From Verrucomicrobiota bacterium (GTDB taxonomy: Bacteria; Verrucomicrobiota; Verrucomicrobiia; Limisphaerales; CANJXF01): a stretch of DNA of 64,000 bases. This document shows, piece after piece, positions 12,068 to 23,100 of this stretch (positions are counted from its first letter, which is position 1; the number at the start of each line of letters is the position of its first letter). The translations under genes were made by a program, and so were the position numbers. Under the pieces are notes generated by a model. That model had not been told where the DNA came from, did no database searches, and saw nothing but the letters and a program-made list of their open reading frames with translations. The DNA is taken from assembly GCA_038214755.1 (NCBI GenBank), contig JBBQRQ010000012.1, positions 1-64,000 of the forward strand, read 5' to 3'.

Positions 12068-12958
12068 TCAATTTTTTTTGAAAGCAGCCAACGCACTTTT
12101 TTGCACCGGAATTTTTTTAAATTTTTTCGTCAGTTCGGTCAGCGAATTTTCCACGGCCAACCTTTCCAGACTTGATGCGCCGACGAAGCCGACGCAATCC
12201 GTGTGTTCGTTGATGTAAGCCGCATCTTCCGGCGTGGAGATCGGTCCGCCATGCGAAAGGAAGATGATGTCTTTGCGAATTTTTTTTGCGCCATCGATGA
12301 TGGATTGCGTTCGTTGCACCGCTTCATCCATCGAGACCACCGCGCCTTTGACACCGATGGAACCGCCGACCGTTGTGCCGACGTGCGCGATGACGGCGTC
12401 GGCGCCTGCTTGCGCCATGGACTTCGCTTCATTCGCCGTCGCGACATAGACGATGCTGAACAAATCCATTTTGCGAGCGAGCGCGACCATCTCGAATTCT
12501 TTCTGCACACTCATTCCCGTTTCTTCGAGCACTCGCCGAAAATGGCCATCGACGATGCAGTGCGTTGGGAAATTATTCACGCCGCTGAAACCCATTTCCT
12601 TCACCTGCAAAAGCCAGTGCCACATGCGACGGCGCGGATCGGTAGCGTGGACACCGCAAATCACGGGAATTTCTTCGACGATGGGCAAAACTTCGTGTTC
12701 GCCGATTTCCATCGCGATGGCGTTGGCATCGCCGTACGACATCAAGCCCGCGGTCGAGCCGTGTCCCGCCATGCGAAAGCGGCCAGAGTTGTAAATGATG
12801 ATTAAATCCGCCCCGCCTTTTTCGATGAACTTCGCGCTGATGCCGGTGCCCGCGCCCGCGGCGATGATCGGCTGGCCTTTTTTCAACGTGGCGCGAAGGC
12901 GATCAACCACTTCTTTACGCGTGTAGGGATTTCCTTTTCCGGTCCAGGGATTGGGCAT
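12068..12958 (-). CDS. TIM-barrel signal transduction / PEP-hydrolase family protein (Tm-1 C-terminal homolog)
   Basis: GAGTGISAK, YNSGRFRMAG, NFPT, HGGPI and GASSLERL motifs. Confidence 0.92.
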   Translation of the reverse strand: MPNPWTGKGNPYTRKEVVDRLRATLKKGQPIIAAGAGTGISAKFIEKGGADLIIIYNSGRFRMAGHGSTAGLMSYGDANAIAMEIGEHEVLPIVEEIPVICGVHATDPRRRMWHWLLQVKEMGFSGVNNFPTHCIVDGHFRRVLEETGMSVQKEFEMVALARKMDLFSIVYVATANEAKSMAQAGADAVIAHVGTTVGGSIGVKGAVVSMDEAVQRTQSIIDGAKKIRKDIIFLSHGGPISTPEDAAYINEHTDCVGFVGASSLERLAVENSLTELTKKFKKIPVQKSALAAFKKN

Positions 12959-13083
12959 AATTAATTTACGATTTACGATTTACGATTTGCGAGCGACTAA
13001 CGGTTTGAAATCTGAAAGCTGTCTCGGCAAATTGCAACTCGCTATTGCTTTGCCAAAGTTGTTTTTCTAGCCTCACCGTGCGA

Positions 13084-13950
13084 ATGAAGATTTTTATCGA
13101 TGGGAAATTTTACGAGGAAAAGAACGCCAAAATATCGGTGTTCGATCACGGGCTGCTTTATGGCGACGGAATTTTTGAAGGCATTCGCGCTTACAACGGT
13201 CGCGTCTTCAGACTGAAAGAGCACATCGAGCGGTTGTTTTATTCCGCGAAGGCGATTTTGCTGAACATTCCAGCCTCGGCGGAAGAAGTGACCAAAGCGG
13301 TCGTTGAAACCTGTCGCCGAAATAATATTCGCGACGGCTACATCCGTCTGGTCGTCACTCGCGGCGCGGGTGGGTTGGGTTTGAACCCGAACAAGTGCAA
13401 GACCCCATCGATCATCATCATCGCGGATAAAATCCAGGTTTATCCGGCGGCGATGTATCAACGCGGGATGGATATTGTGACGGTGGCGACGACTCGGAAT
13501 TTGCACAGCGCGTTGAACCCGGCGATCAAGTCGCTGAATTATCTCAACAACATTCTCGCGAAAATCGAGGCGAACAACGCCGGCGTGCAAGAAGCGATCA
13601 TGCTCAACTCCGAAGGCTTCGTGGCCGAATGCACCGCCGACAATATTTTCATCGTGAAAGGAAATCAGTTGCTCACGCCGCCGCTTTCCTGCGGCGCGCT
13701 TTACGGAATCACTCGCGCGGTGGTGATGGATTTAGGGAAGGAGAAAGGGCTGACGATGGGCGAGCCGAGTTTGACGCGTTACGATCTATTCAATGCCGAC
13801 GAATGTTTTCTGACCGGGACTGGCGCGGAATTAATTCCCGTTGTGAAAATTGATGGTAGAATAATCGGCACGGGAAAACCGGGCTCGATTACTCAGGATT
13901 TGGTAAATCGTTACCACGCCTTGACGAAAGTTTCTGGGGAACCGATTTGA
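13084..13950 (+). CDS. ilvE: Branched-chain amino acid aminotransferase
   Basis: DHGLLYGDGIFEG, KSLNYLNN, LxGITR and FLTGT class IV motifs. Confidence 0.95.
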   Translation: MKIFIDGKFYEEKNAKISVFDHGLLYGDGIFEGIRAYNGRVFRLKEHIERLFYSAKAILLNIPASAEEVTKAVVETCRRNNIRDGYIRLVVTRGAGGLGLNPNKCKTPSIIIIADKIQVYPAAMYQRGMDIVTVATTRNLHSALNPAIKSLNYLNNILAKIEANNAGVQEAIMLNSEGFVAECTADNIFIVKGNQLLTPPLSCGALYGITRAVVMDLGKEKGLTMGEPSLTRYDLFNADECFLTGTGAELIPVVKIDGRIIGTGKPGSITQDLVNRYHALTKVSGEPI

Positions 13951-14012
13951 AAAATTAAATGAATAAAGGATGAGTGGATTGTTGGATTGTTGGATTTAAA
14001 TGAGGAAAAATT

Positions 14013-14219
14013 ATGACACGACAAACCATTGAAGAAGCGCTCAAGCGTAAGCCGTTTCGGCCATTTTCGATTCGGCTGACGGACGGACAACTCGTCCAAG
14101 TCAATGAAGAACATCGGGCCGCAGTTCATCCAGACGTAGAAACAATGGTCATCTTTCAAGCTGGCGGTGGATATCGGATTCTCGATATTCCGCTCATTAC
14201 CGAACTACTAGCCGCGTAA
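14013..14219 (+). CDS. Small hypothetical protein
   Basis: GAGG RBS; PFRPFSIRLTDG motif; flanked by short tandem repeats. Confidence 0.7.
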   Translation: MTRQTIEEALKRKPFRPFSIRLTDGQLVQVNEEHRAAVHPDVETMVIFQAGGGYRILDIPLITELLAA

Positions 14220-14274
14220 AATGACGAAAGTAGAATTTTCAAATTATTCGTAATTCGTAATTCGGAATTAAAAT

Positions 14275-14784
14275 ATGCTCTGCATCATCTGCAAACAAAA
14301 CCAGGCCAAAGTCCATCTGACGCAAATTGTCGGCGACAAAATGCAGAAGGTGGACCTGTGCGAAGAGTGCGCCAAAAATAAAGGCGTCAATGATCCGGCA
14401 GGATTTTCGCTGGCGGATTTATTGCTCGGCCTCGGTGCGTCGCAGGAAATTGACAAGGGCAGCGATGGCGTCCAAATCAAATGCCCCAGTTGCGGATTTA
14501 CCCAATCGGATTTCAAAAAAGCCGGGCGACTCGGTTGCTCGGAATGTTACAAAACGTTCGCCGAAGGTTTGGAAAGTCTGCTCAAGACGATGCACAAAGG
14601 TGTCCGCCACCTCGGCAAAGTTCCGCAAGCTTTGCGACAAAGCCAGGACACGGCCAATCAACTCAAGCAATTGCAAAAGCAACTCGACAAAGCGGTGACC
14701 GATGAAAACTTTGAACAGGCGGCGGGGCTGCGCGACGAAATAAAAACCGCGCGCGAAAAATTTAAACCATCTACTTCGACTTGA
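14275..14784 (+). CDS. mcsA: Protein-arginine kinase activator McsA
   Basis: Four CxxC pairs, C-terminal UVR motif (ENFEQAAGLRDEI), synteny with mcsB-clpC. Confidence 0.92.
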   Translation: MLCIICKQNQAKVHLTQIVGDKMQKVDLCEECAKNKGVNDPAGFSLADLLLGLGASQEIDKGSDGVQIKCPSCGFTQSDFKKAGRLGCSECYKTFAEGLESLLKTMHKGVRHLGKVPQALRQSQDTANQLKQLQKQLDKAVTDENFEQAAGLRDEIKTAREKFKPSTST

Positions 14785-14786
14785 CC

Positions 14787-15899
14787 ATGGACCTCCAGGA
14801 ATTTCTCCCGCCTCCCGCAGAAACGACCCGTCGCACCGGGCCGCACGACCGCATCGTCATGTCCAGCCGCGTGCGTCTGGCGCGCAACCTCAAAGGCTCG
14901 CCATTTCCCGGCTGGGCAAAAAAAGCCGAGCGCATCAAGTCACTCGAATCCATTCGCCCCGCCGTCGAAAGTCTGCCGCAAATGACCAACGCCTTTTCGC
15001 AGTCGATGGACAATTTGACGAACATCGACAAACAAATTTTGGTGGAGCGCCATTTGATCAGCCGCGAGCACGCGGCGAAAAGCGCGGGCAGCGGTTTGGT
15101 TTTGAACAAGGAAGAATCGCTCTGCGTGATGATCAATGAAGAAGATCATTTGCGAATGCAGGCGCTGCGCCCTGGTCTGCAATTGAAACAAGCGTGGCTG
15201 ACGATTGATCAAGTCGATTCCGATCTGGAGAAAAAATTGGATTACGCTTTCAACCCGGAAATGGGTTATCTGACCGCTTGCCCGACGAATCTTGGGACAG
15301 GAATTCGCGTCAGCGCGATGCTGCATTTGCCCGGACTGGTTCTGGCCGAGCAGATCAATCAGATCATTCAGTCGGTCAACAAACTCGGTTTGGCCGTGCG
15401 CGGATTGTATGGCGAGGGCACCGAAGCGCTGGGAAATGTTTTCCAGGTTTCCAACCAGATGACGCTGGGCGAAACGGAGACGGACATCGTTGAGCGATTG
15501 AACAAAGTGCTTTTGCAAATAATCGAGCATGAGGAAAACGCGCGTGTCTTGTTGTTGGAGAAAAAGCCGAAAATGGTTTTCAACCACATTGGCCGCTCCT
15601 ACGGAATTCTCGCCAACGCGCACAGCATTTCGTCCAAGGAAGCGATGAACCTGCTTTCGTTGATGCGATTGGGAGTTGATCTGGGAAATTTTCCGAAGGT
15701 GGAACGCGGGTTGATTGACGAATTATTTATCGTGACGCAGCCGGCGCATTTGCAAAAACAGTTTTCGGAAAAGCTCGCGGCCGAGGAACGCGACGTGCTG
15801 CGCGCAGACATGATGCGGGATCGGCTGAAAAGCGTGGAGCGGCCAACTCAAAAAATAAATGGTGGCACCGGCTCGCTGGACAAAACCAGTCAGCAATAG
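14787..15899 (+). CDS. mcsB: Protein arginine kinase McsB
   Basis: SSRVRLARNL, NEEDHLR, CPTNLGTG and RGLYGEG motifs. Confidence 0.95.
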   Translation: MDLQEFLPPPAETTRRTGPHDRIVMSSRVRLARNLKGSPFPGWAKKAERIKSLESIRPAVESLPQMTNAFSQSMDNLTNIDKQILVERHLISREHAAKSAGSGLVLNKEESLCVMINEEDHLRMQALRPGLQLKQAWLTIDQVDSDLEKKLDYAFNPEMGYLTACPTNLGTGIRVSAMLHLPGLVLAEQINQIIQSVNKLGLAVRGLYGEGTEALGNVFQVSNQMTLGETETDIVERLNKVLLQIIEHEENARVLLLEKKPKMVFNHIGRSYGILANAHSISSKEAMNLLSLMRLGVDLGNFPKVERGLIDELFIVTQPAHLQKQFSEKLAAEERDVLRADMMRDRLKSVERPTQKINGGTGSLDKTSQQ

Positions 15900-15922
15900 G
15901 AATATCACCGCAGGAATCAAAT

Positions 15923-18430
15923 ATGAGCGATGAAGCAATGAACAATTTTACGCCGCGCGCGCAACAGGTGCTGGCGCTGGCGCGCAAGGAAGCGGACCGG
16001 TTCAACCATAATTTTGTCGGGACAGAACATCTCCTGCTCGGGCTGATCAAGCTCAACCAGGGCGTGGCGGTGAATGTTTTGCAAAAGCTCGGCCTCGATT
16101 TGGACACCGTGCGAATGGAAGTGGAAAAACAAGTCGGCACCGGCCCTGACCAGAAGATGATTGGCAATATTCCCTACACGCCTCGCGTCAAAAAAGTTCT
16201 CGCGCTCGCCGCCAAGGAGGCCAAACATCTCAACCATACTTACGTGGGTACGGAACATATTTTGCTGGGACTTTTGCGCGAAGGCGATGGTGTCGCGGCC
16301 AAAGTTTTGAAAAATCTGGACGTCGATATTGAACAGGCGCGTGGAGAAATTTTGAAAGAGCTGGATCCAAATTTAACCGGAGGAGAAGAGCAGCCCACGA
16401 ACGAAGCGGCGGGCGGTTCCGAAAAAGCGCCGGAGAAAAAAGGCGAAGTCAAAACTCCCGCGCTCAAAGCTTTCGGTCGCGACCTCACCGAAATTGCCCG
16501 CAAAGGTGACATGGACCCGGTCATCGGTCGTCAAAGTGAAATCGAGCGCGTCATCCAGATTCTTTGCCGCCGAACAAAAAATAATCCGGTGCTCCTCGGT
16601 GAAGCGGGCGTGGGCAAGACGGCGATTGTCGAAGGACTCGCCCAGGAAATTTCGCGTGGAAATGTCCCCGAAATTCTGCGCGACAAACGCGTCATCACTC
16701 TCGACCTCGCGTTGATGGTGGCGGGAACAAAGTATCGCGGCCAATTTGAAGAGCGCATCAAAGCGGTGATGGATGAAATTCGCCGCGCCAAAAATATTAT
16801 TTTGTTTATCGATGAGTTGCACACGATTGTCGGTGCCGGTTCCGCCGAGGGAACGATGGACGCGTCGAACATCATCAAGCCGGCGTTGAGTCGCGGCGAG
16901 ATGCAGTGCATTGGCGCAACGACGCTCACGGAATATCGCAAATACATCGAAAAAGATGCGGCGCTCGAACGCCGTTTCCAGACCGTGAAAGTCGAAGCGC
17001 CCTCGGTGGAGGAAGCGATTTTAATTTTGAAAGGCCTCCGCATCAAATACGAGGAACATCATAAAGCCGAGATCACCGACAGCGCAGTCGAAGCCGCTGT
17101 GAAGTTTTCCGATCGTTACATCACAGACCGATATTTGCCGGACAAAGCCATTGATTTGATGGACGAAGCGGGTTCGCGCTCGCGCATCGGCGCGATGACT
17201 CGTCCGCCGGAAGTCAAAGAAATCGAAGTCTCAATTGATGAGATAAAAACGCAGAAAGAAAAGGCGATCAAGAACCAGGATTTTGAAGGCGCGGCTTCCA
17301 TGCGCGACAAGGAAAAGCGCGCCAAGGAAAAACTTGAATCGGTCATCAGCGCGTGGAAAAGCAGCCGGGAAGAAAAACGCGTCGTCGTCGATGAAGAAGA
17401 TATTTTGCAAGTCGTCGCGAAATGGACGGGCATTCCGCTGAAGCGAATGGAGCAAGGCGAAGCCGAGCGATTGCTTGCCTTGGAAGGCGAGATGGATAAA
17501 ACCGTCGTCGGACAAAAGGAAGCCGTCGCCGCCATGTGCAAAGCGCTTCGGCGTTCCCGCGCGGATTTGAAAGATCCGAGACGGCCCATTGGCACATTCG
17601 CTTTGCTCGGGCCAACGGGCGTTGGCAAAACTTTGCTCGCAAAATCTTTGGCCGAGACTTTGTTTGGCGATTCCAAATCGCTCATCCAACTCGACATGAG
17701 CGACTATATGGAGCGCCACAACGCGTCGCGCATGGTCGGTTCGCCGCCCGGCTACATCGGTTTTGAAGAGGGCGGCCAACTCACCGAACAAGTGCGTCGC
17801 AAACCGTATTCGGTCGTGCTCTTTGACGAAATTGAAAAGGCGCATCCCGACGTGATGAACATGCTTTTGCAAATTCTCGAAGAAGGAAGATTGACCGACA
17901 ACATGGGTCGCGTCATCAATTTCCGAAACACGATTATTTTGCTCACGTCGAACGTCGGCGCGGAGACGATCAAGAAACAATCGAGCATGGGTTTCTCGCC
18001 CATCACCGACGAGAACAGTTACGAGAAGATGCGCGAAAAAATAATGGACGAAGCCAAGCGCGTTTTTCGTCCTGAATTCTTAAATCGTCTGGATGACATC
18101 ATCGTCTTCCGCTCGCTTACCAAACCTGATCTTATGGAAATCCTCGATCTGGAAATTGGGAAAGTCTTTACGCGACTCAAGGGGAAAAACATTGCGATTA
18201 GTTTGGACACCAAAGCAAAAGATTTCCTCGTCGAAAAAGGATACGATCCCACTTACGGCGCGCGGCCCATGCGCCGGGCGGTCGAGCGTTACTTGGAAGA
18301 CCCGCTCGCCGAAGAAATGCTTAAAGGCAACGTGCAAAACAACGAGCCGATTGCGGTGACCGTTGACGAAGGCAAACTTGTTTTCAAACAAAAAGCGCCG
18401 GCTGTCGAACCGGTTATCAGTCCGAGTTAA
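15923..18430 (+). CDS. clpC: ATP-dependent Clp protease ATPase ClpC
   Basis: Double Clp-N domain, GEAGVGKT and GPTGVGKT Walker A motifs, short UVR middle domain, MGF ClpP-binding loop. Confidence 0.96.
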   Translation: MSDEAMNNFTPRAQQVLALARKEADRFNHNFVGTEHLLLGLIKLNQGVAVNVLQKLGLDLDTVRMEVEKQVGTGPDQKMIGNIPYTPRVKKVLALAAKEAKHLNHTYVGTEHILLGLLREGDGVAAKVLKNLDVDIEQARGEILKELDPNLTGGEEQPTNEAAGGSEKAPEKKGEVKTPALKAFGRDLTEIARKGDMDPVIGRQSEIERVIQILCRRTKNNPVLLGEAGVGKTAIVEGLAQEISRGNVPEILRDKRVITLDLALMVAGTKYRGQFEERIKAVMDEIRRAKNIILFIDELHTIVGAGSAEGTMDASNIIKPALSRGEMQCIGATTLTEYRKYIEKDAALERRFQTVKVEAPSVEEAILILKGLRIKYEEHHKAEITDSAVEAAVKFSDRYITDRYLPDKAIDLMDEAGSRSRIGAMTRPPEVKEIEVSIDEIKTQKEKAIKNQDFEGAASMRDKEKRAKEKLESVISAWKSSREEKRVVVDEEDILQVVAKWTGIPLKRMEQGEAERLLALEGEMDKTVVGQKEAVAAMCKALRRSRADLKDPRRPIGTFALLGPTGVGKTLLAKSLAETLFGDSKSLIQLDMSDYMERHNASRMVGSPPGYIGFEEGGQLTEQVRRKPYSVVLFDEIEKAHPDVMNMLLQILEEGRLTDNMGRVINFRNTIILLTSNVGAETIKKQSSMGFSPITDENSYEKMREKIMDEAKRVFRPEFLNRLDDIIVFRSLTKPDLMEILDLEIGKVFTRLKGKNIAISLDTKAKDFLVEKGYDPTYGARPMRRAVERYLEDPLAEEMLKGNVQNNEPIAVTVDEGKLVFKQKAPAVEPVISPS

Positions 18431-18640
18431 ACCCGAACTCCGAAGTTGGAATGGGTAGCACGTGCGACCCCGTGCCGTCCGGCCACGGGCCGGACGGAAT
18501 GGAGAGAACGCTGGCATTGGAAAAATAGGTACAGAATAGTTTGTGCGCTTCCCCCGTTCCGAGCGGCGAGTCGCCGCTCGGCGCAGGCGGGTCCCCTGTG
18601 CTACCCGGCGGCTTCGCCGCCGCTATTTCGGAATTAGGGT
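18431..18640. mobile_element. MITE-like element family 1 (14-bp TIR, TAA duplication)
   Basis: TAA|ACCCGAACTCCGAA...TTCGGAATTAGGGT|TAA. The left TAA is the clpC stop. Internal GGGTAGCAC...GTGCTACCC palindrome. Confidence 0.8.
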
Positions 18641-18933
18641 TAACAGCGTTAAAAATAAAATGAACGGCGCTCTCGTAGCGTCGTTTTTTTATCAGGACCC
18701 CTCTCTCGTTTTTTCCAGGGACTCCAGTGCGTGCAAAATTTCTTAGGTGTTCCTCGGTCTTCACCTTTCGCCAGATTTTTTGATCCGACCGGCGCTGACC
18801 AGGAAGAAGTGTTGTCCTTTGTTAAGCGAGACCTTGGGACTCAAAATGAATCAGCTAACGAGAAGATTTTTTCTACAGAACCGGTGGCGTTGTCACTGCG
18901 CCGCCGGTCGTGGTGTTTGCATTTGCTCCTCGG

Positions 18934-19620
18934 TCAATGTCCTTTCGGCTGAACCGTCACGTTGAACGTGTTGTGATATTCAATCGTGAAATTAAACACC
19001 GGCAGCGTCAGCTTTACGTCGAGCTTGATGACATGCCTTCCCGGAGACAACGGTGTGTGCAGGATGCCGATGCCTTGGGAATAAATGATCGCATTGACCG
19101 GAGGCGAATTGAAGGGAATCGGCGGATCGAAAGAGAACTGGGTGTAATGGTCCATCGCGTCGTTCCCATCCAAGATGATTTTCCCATCGAGGGTCAGCTT
19201 GAGCTTGAGGTTCTTCTTGAACACCTTGATATCAACAAACGGATCGGCCGTGCCATCGGTATAGCTGGTTCCCAGCGAATCAATCAGCGGCAGGAAAAAC
19301 GGCTGCCCCGCTTTTAAAGTCACGTCGATGCTTCCCGGCGTGCCGTCGCCGGGCGCGTTCGGCAGCGGCATCAGTGCCACGCCCGCTACTACGGCATGGC
19401 CATTCTGGTCCGTGGGAAGGACAACGTTTCCGTTGCCATAAGCCCATCGCCAATAAAGATCCTCGAAGACGGTCAGCAGCGCTTTGGAGCCGAAGAACTG
19501 GTCCGAATCCGAGTCGTGATCGTCGTGCGCACGCGCGGTCATGCACGTTCCCATGAACACGATAGCGGCGACGCTGATGGCGAGCGCGGGTTTGATGAGT
19601 CTTGTCATTTGTTTTTTCAT
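18934..19620 (-). CDS. Secreted hypothetical protein
   Basis: Signal peptide ending ARA, acidic/His linker, 228 aa. Confidence 0.8.
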   Translation of the reverse strand: MKKQMTRLIKPALAISVAAIVFMGTCMTARAHDDHDSDSDQFFGSKALLTVFEDLYWRWAYGNGNVVLPTDQNGHAVVAGVALMPLPNAPGDGTPGSIDVTLKAGQPFFLPLIDSLGTSYTDGTADPFVDIKVFKKNLKLKLTLDGKIILDGNDAMDHYTQFSFDPPIPFNSPPVNAIIYSQGIGILHTPLSPGRHVIKLDVKLTLPVFNFTIEYHNTFNVTVQPKGH

Positions 19621-19730
19621 AGTTTGTCTTTTCCTTTCTGTGGGTTGTTTGTTTGCGGTCTATGGCCGCCCGCCCGGTTCTGGTTTGTTTTGCGGTCTGG
19701 CAGCCAAATCGTTTTCGGGTTTCATACTTC

Positions 19731-19759
19731 TTCAAAAGGATTGGCTGGGAAGAGTTACA
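19731..19759 (-). promoter_or_regulatory. Putative ECF promoter TGTAAC-N15-CTTTTGAA
   Basis: 27/29 identical to 23705-23733; same spacing as 27834-27862. Confidence 0.7.
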
Positions 19760-19882
19760 GGCAATTTGAGGAAAATTTTGTTTGTGCGCGGTGAGTATGG
19801 AAGTTTGTTGTGCGCGCCTTTGTTGAGGCAGCAGCACGATGCGATAGTACCGTTCCGGATCATTTCCAGGATTGTTCACTAA

Positions 19883-20136
19883 GCCATAACTATTCAGTGA
19901 GAAAGTTGCTCGCCCTCACCCTGGCCCTCTCCCCCGAGGAGAGGGGACAGCTATCCGCCTCTCTTGGAAAATTCGTTCGTGACAATCGCCGTCGCTCTCT
20001 TTGAATCATTCGAAGAGAAGAACGCACGACAACCCGGCGCACTCGCATTGCCAAAGCGCGGCAAATAATTCTCCCTCTCCTCGGGGGAGAGGGCCGGGGT
20101 GAGGGCGAGCGTTTCAGTCCATTGACCCGTTACGGC
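19883..20136. mobile_element. MITE-like element family 2 (degenerate) containing a CCCTCACCC...GGGTGAGGG palindrome
   Basis: TAA|GCCATAACTATTCAGT...ATTGACCCGTTACGGC; same architecture as 46981-47178; right TAA absent. Confidence 0.65.
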
Positions 20137-23100
20137 GCAAGGAAGGTTCGCAATCGGTAAAACGATGGAGAAAGCGGCATCGCCTCTGTGTAATTGAACA
20201 CTCCCCCGGCGGGCGCGGTGATAATTTGTTTAGCCATCCAATCAACCAGATTGGTGGAATGCTGCACTTCATACTGATAACCGGCAGTGCCCGCAAAATC
20301 GATGCTGACCGATCCGCCAGAAGCAGAAATAGTCTGCACCCTTGGTGGAACAGGCGCAGGGTTATTAGTCACACCGGTTCCACGCAGAAAAATATCGAAC
20401 GGATTTTTTTCCTCATCATTGCTGGTCAGACGCAGCGAGGCGACTTTCAAGCCAAGAGAGTTGGGGATAAAGCGCAAAGTAAACGTCGTGCTGCCATTGG
20501 GCGTCACGGGTACAGTGGGATTGCTGGTCACGCTGAAGGCGCTTGCATTTGTTCCCTCGATGAGGATTCCCAAACTGGTCAAATCGGCGGAACCGCTATT
20601 GGTAATGGTGAAGATCAGGCTCTGGCTGGTATTCGTTCGCACCGCGCCGAAGTCAATTGTCGTGCCGCGATTGAGATTGGTTCCGAGCGGTTGTTGCACA
20701 TTCAGGCGAGGAACGGCTCCGAAGCCCAGAACCTGTTCAATGATACTGCCGCTACCGTTTAGGCCACCACCACGCGAAATTCCTCTCGCGCGCACGAATC
20801 CGTCGGCAGGGAGACTCAAACCGGTTTTCTCCCATCCGCCGCTGATGCGCGTGCCTGTCCCAAGAGGACTCCATGAACTGCCAACTAATTGTTCAAAAAC
20901 TACCTGCTCGATCTCAGGCGCTGTGCCTCCGCGCAGCCAACGCAGTTGCGTCACATCGGGCTTTTCCAAAGTTTGAGTCGCGGGTTCATTCACGAAGCGT
21001 GCGATGTAATTGCGTGCCGTGCCGCCCACGGAAGTAAAATCGCCCCCCAACAAAATCTTTCCGTCGGCTTGTAATGCTACGCTCCTCACAGCGTCGTCGG
21101 CATTGGGATTGAACGCGCTGTCCAACGTCCCATCCGCATTCAAACGCGCGATGCGATTGCGAGTCGTGCCGCCCACAGAAGTAAAGTAACCCCCCAACAA
21201 AATCTTTCCATCGGACTGTATCGCCATGCTCTCCACATAGCTGTCGGCATTGGGATTGAACGCGCTATCCAACGTCCCATCCGCATTCAAACGTGCGATG
21301 CGATTGCGCGTTGTGCCGCCCACGGAAGTAAAGTAACCCCCCAGCAAAATCTTTCCATCGGACTGTATCGCCATGCTATACACAGAGCTGTTGACATTGG
21401 GATTGAACGCGCTATCCAAAGTCCCATCCGCATTCAACCGCGCGATGAAATTGCGGCCGCCCACTGAAGTAAAGTAACTCCCCAGTAAAATCTTTCCATC
21501 GGACTGTATTGCCACGCTATATACCTCGCTATCGGCATTGGGATTGAAAGCACTATCCAACGTTCCATTCGCATTCAAACGTGCGATGCGATTTTGCGTT
21601 GTGCCGCCCACGGAAGTAAAGTAACCCCCAAGCAAAATCTTTCCGTTGGGTTCTAACGTTACGCTATGTACATAGCCGTTGAGATTGGGATTGAACGTAC
21701 TGTCCAACGTCCCATTCGCATTCAAACGCGCAATGTAATTTCGCGTCGCGCCGCCCACGGAAGTAAAGTTACCCCCCAGCAAAATCTTTCCATCGGGCTG
21801 TATCGCCACGCTGAACACATTGTCGTTGGCATTGGGATTGAACGCGCTATCCAACGTCCCATCGGCATTCAAACGCGCGATGCGATTGCGCGTCGTGCCG
21901 CCCACGGAAGTAAAGTAACCCCCAAGCAAAATCTTTCCATCGGACTGCACGGCCAAGCTATACACGCTGCCGCTGGCATTGGGATTGAACGACAGGTCTG
22001 AGGTGCGGTAGATGCCAATGAGCGAGACTTGAAATGGGTAATGATTCCTGTCATTGCTGATAATCTGTAGCGTGGCTCCGCGCGTTCCCCCACCCGTAGG
22101 ACGGAAAGTAATGCGCACGGTAGTGCTGGCGGAGGGAGCCAGCGTTGACGCCAGGCCATTCGTATCCAACTCATACTCCGACGCAGCTTCTCCAACCAGG
22201 GATTAGAGGCCAGTGATAATGTTGCTGTTCCAGAGTTGGTGATGGTCAATACGACCGGGGCGCTCGTCTGGCCCAAGTCCAGTGTGCCGAAAGAGGCCGT
22301 GCTGAGGCCATTGGTTAGACTCAGTCCATCCGCTTGCAGGACTCCAATGTTAGGCACGGCACCAAAGCTCAACACTTGCTCGATAATTCCGCCGCTACCG
22401 TTGAAGTATCCGCCACGAGAAATTCCTCGCGCGCGCACGAAGCCGTCAGCAGGCAGGCTCAAACCTGTTTTCTCCCATCCCCCGCTGATGCGCGTGCCTG
22501 CGCCAAGAGGACTCCATGAACTGCCGTTGAATTGTTCAAAAACTACTTGCTCGATCTCGGGTGCCGTGCCTCCTCGAAGCCAACGCAGTTTTGTGGCATC
22601 GGGCTTTTCCAAAGTTTGAGTCGCGGGTTCGTTCAGCAACCGCGCAACGTTATTGCGCGGCGTCCCGCCCACGGAAATAAAATCGCCCTCCAGCAGAATC
22701 TTTCCATCGGACTGGAGCGCCACGCTCTCCACAATGAACTCGGCATTGGGATTGAACGCGCTATCCAACGTTCCATTCGCATTCAAACGCGCGATGCGAT
22801 TGCGCGTTGTGGCGCCCACGGAAGTAAAATCACCCCCCAACACAATCTTTCCGTCTGCCTGTAGGGCGATGCTATCCACAGAGCTGCTGGCATTGGGATT
22901 GAACGCGGTGTCCAACGTCCCATCCCCATTCAACCGCGCAATATTATTGCGCGTCGCGCCGCTCACGGAAGTAAATCCACCACCGAGCAAGATCTTTCCA
23001 TCGGCCTGTAGCGCCACACTCAACACAGTGCCGTTGGCATTGGGATTGAACGCGGTGTCCAACGTTCCATCCCCATTTAAACGCGCGATGTGATTTCGCG

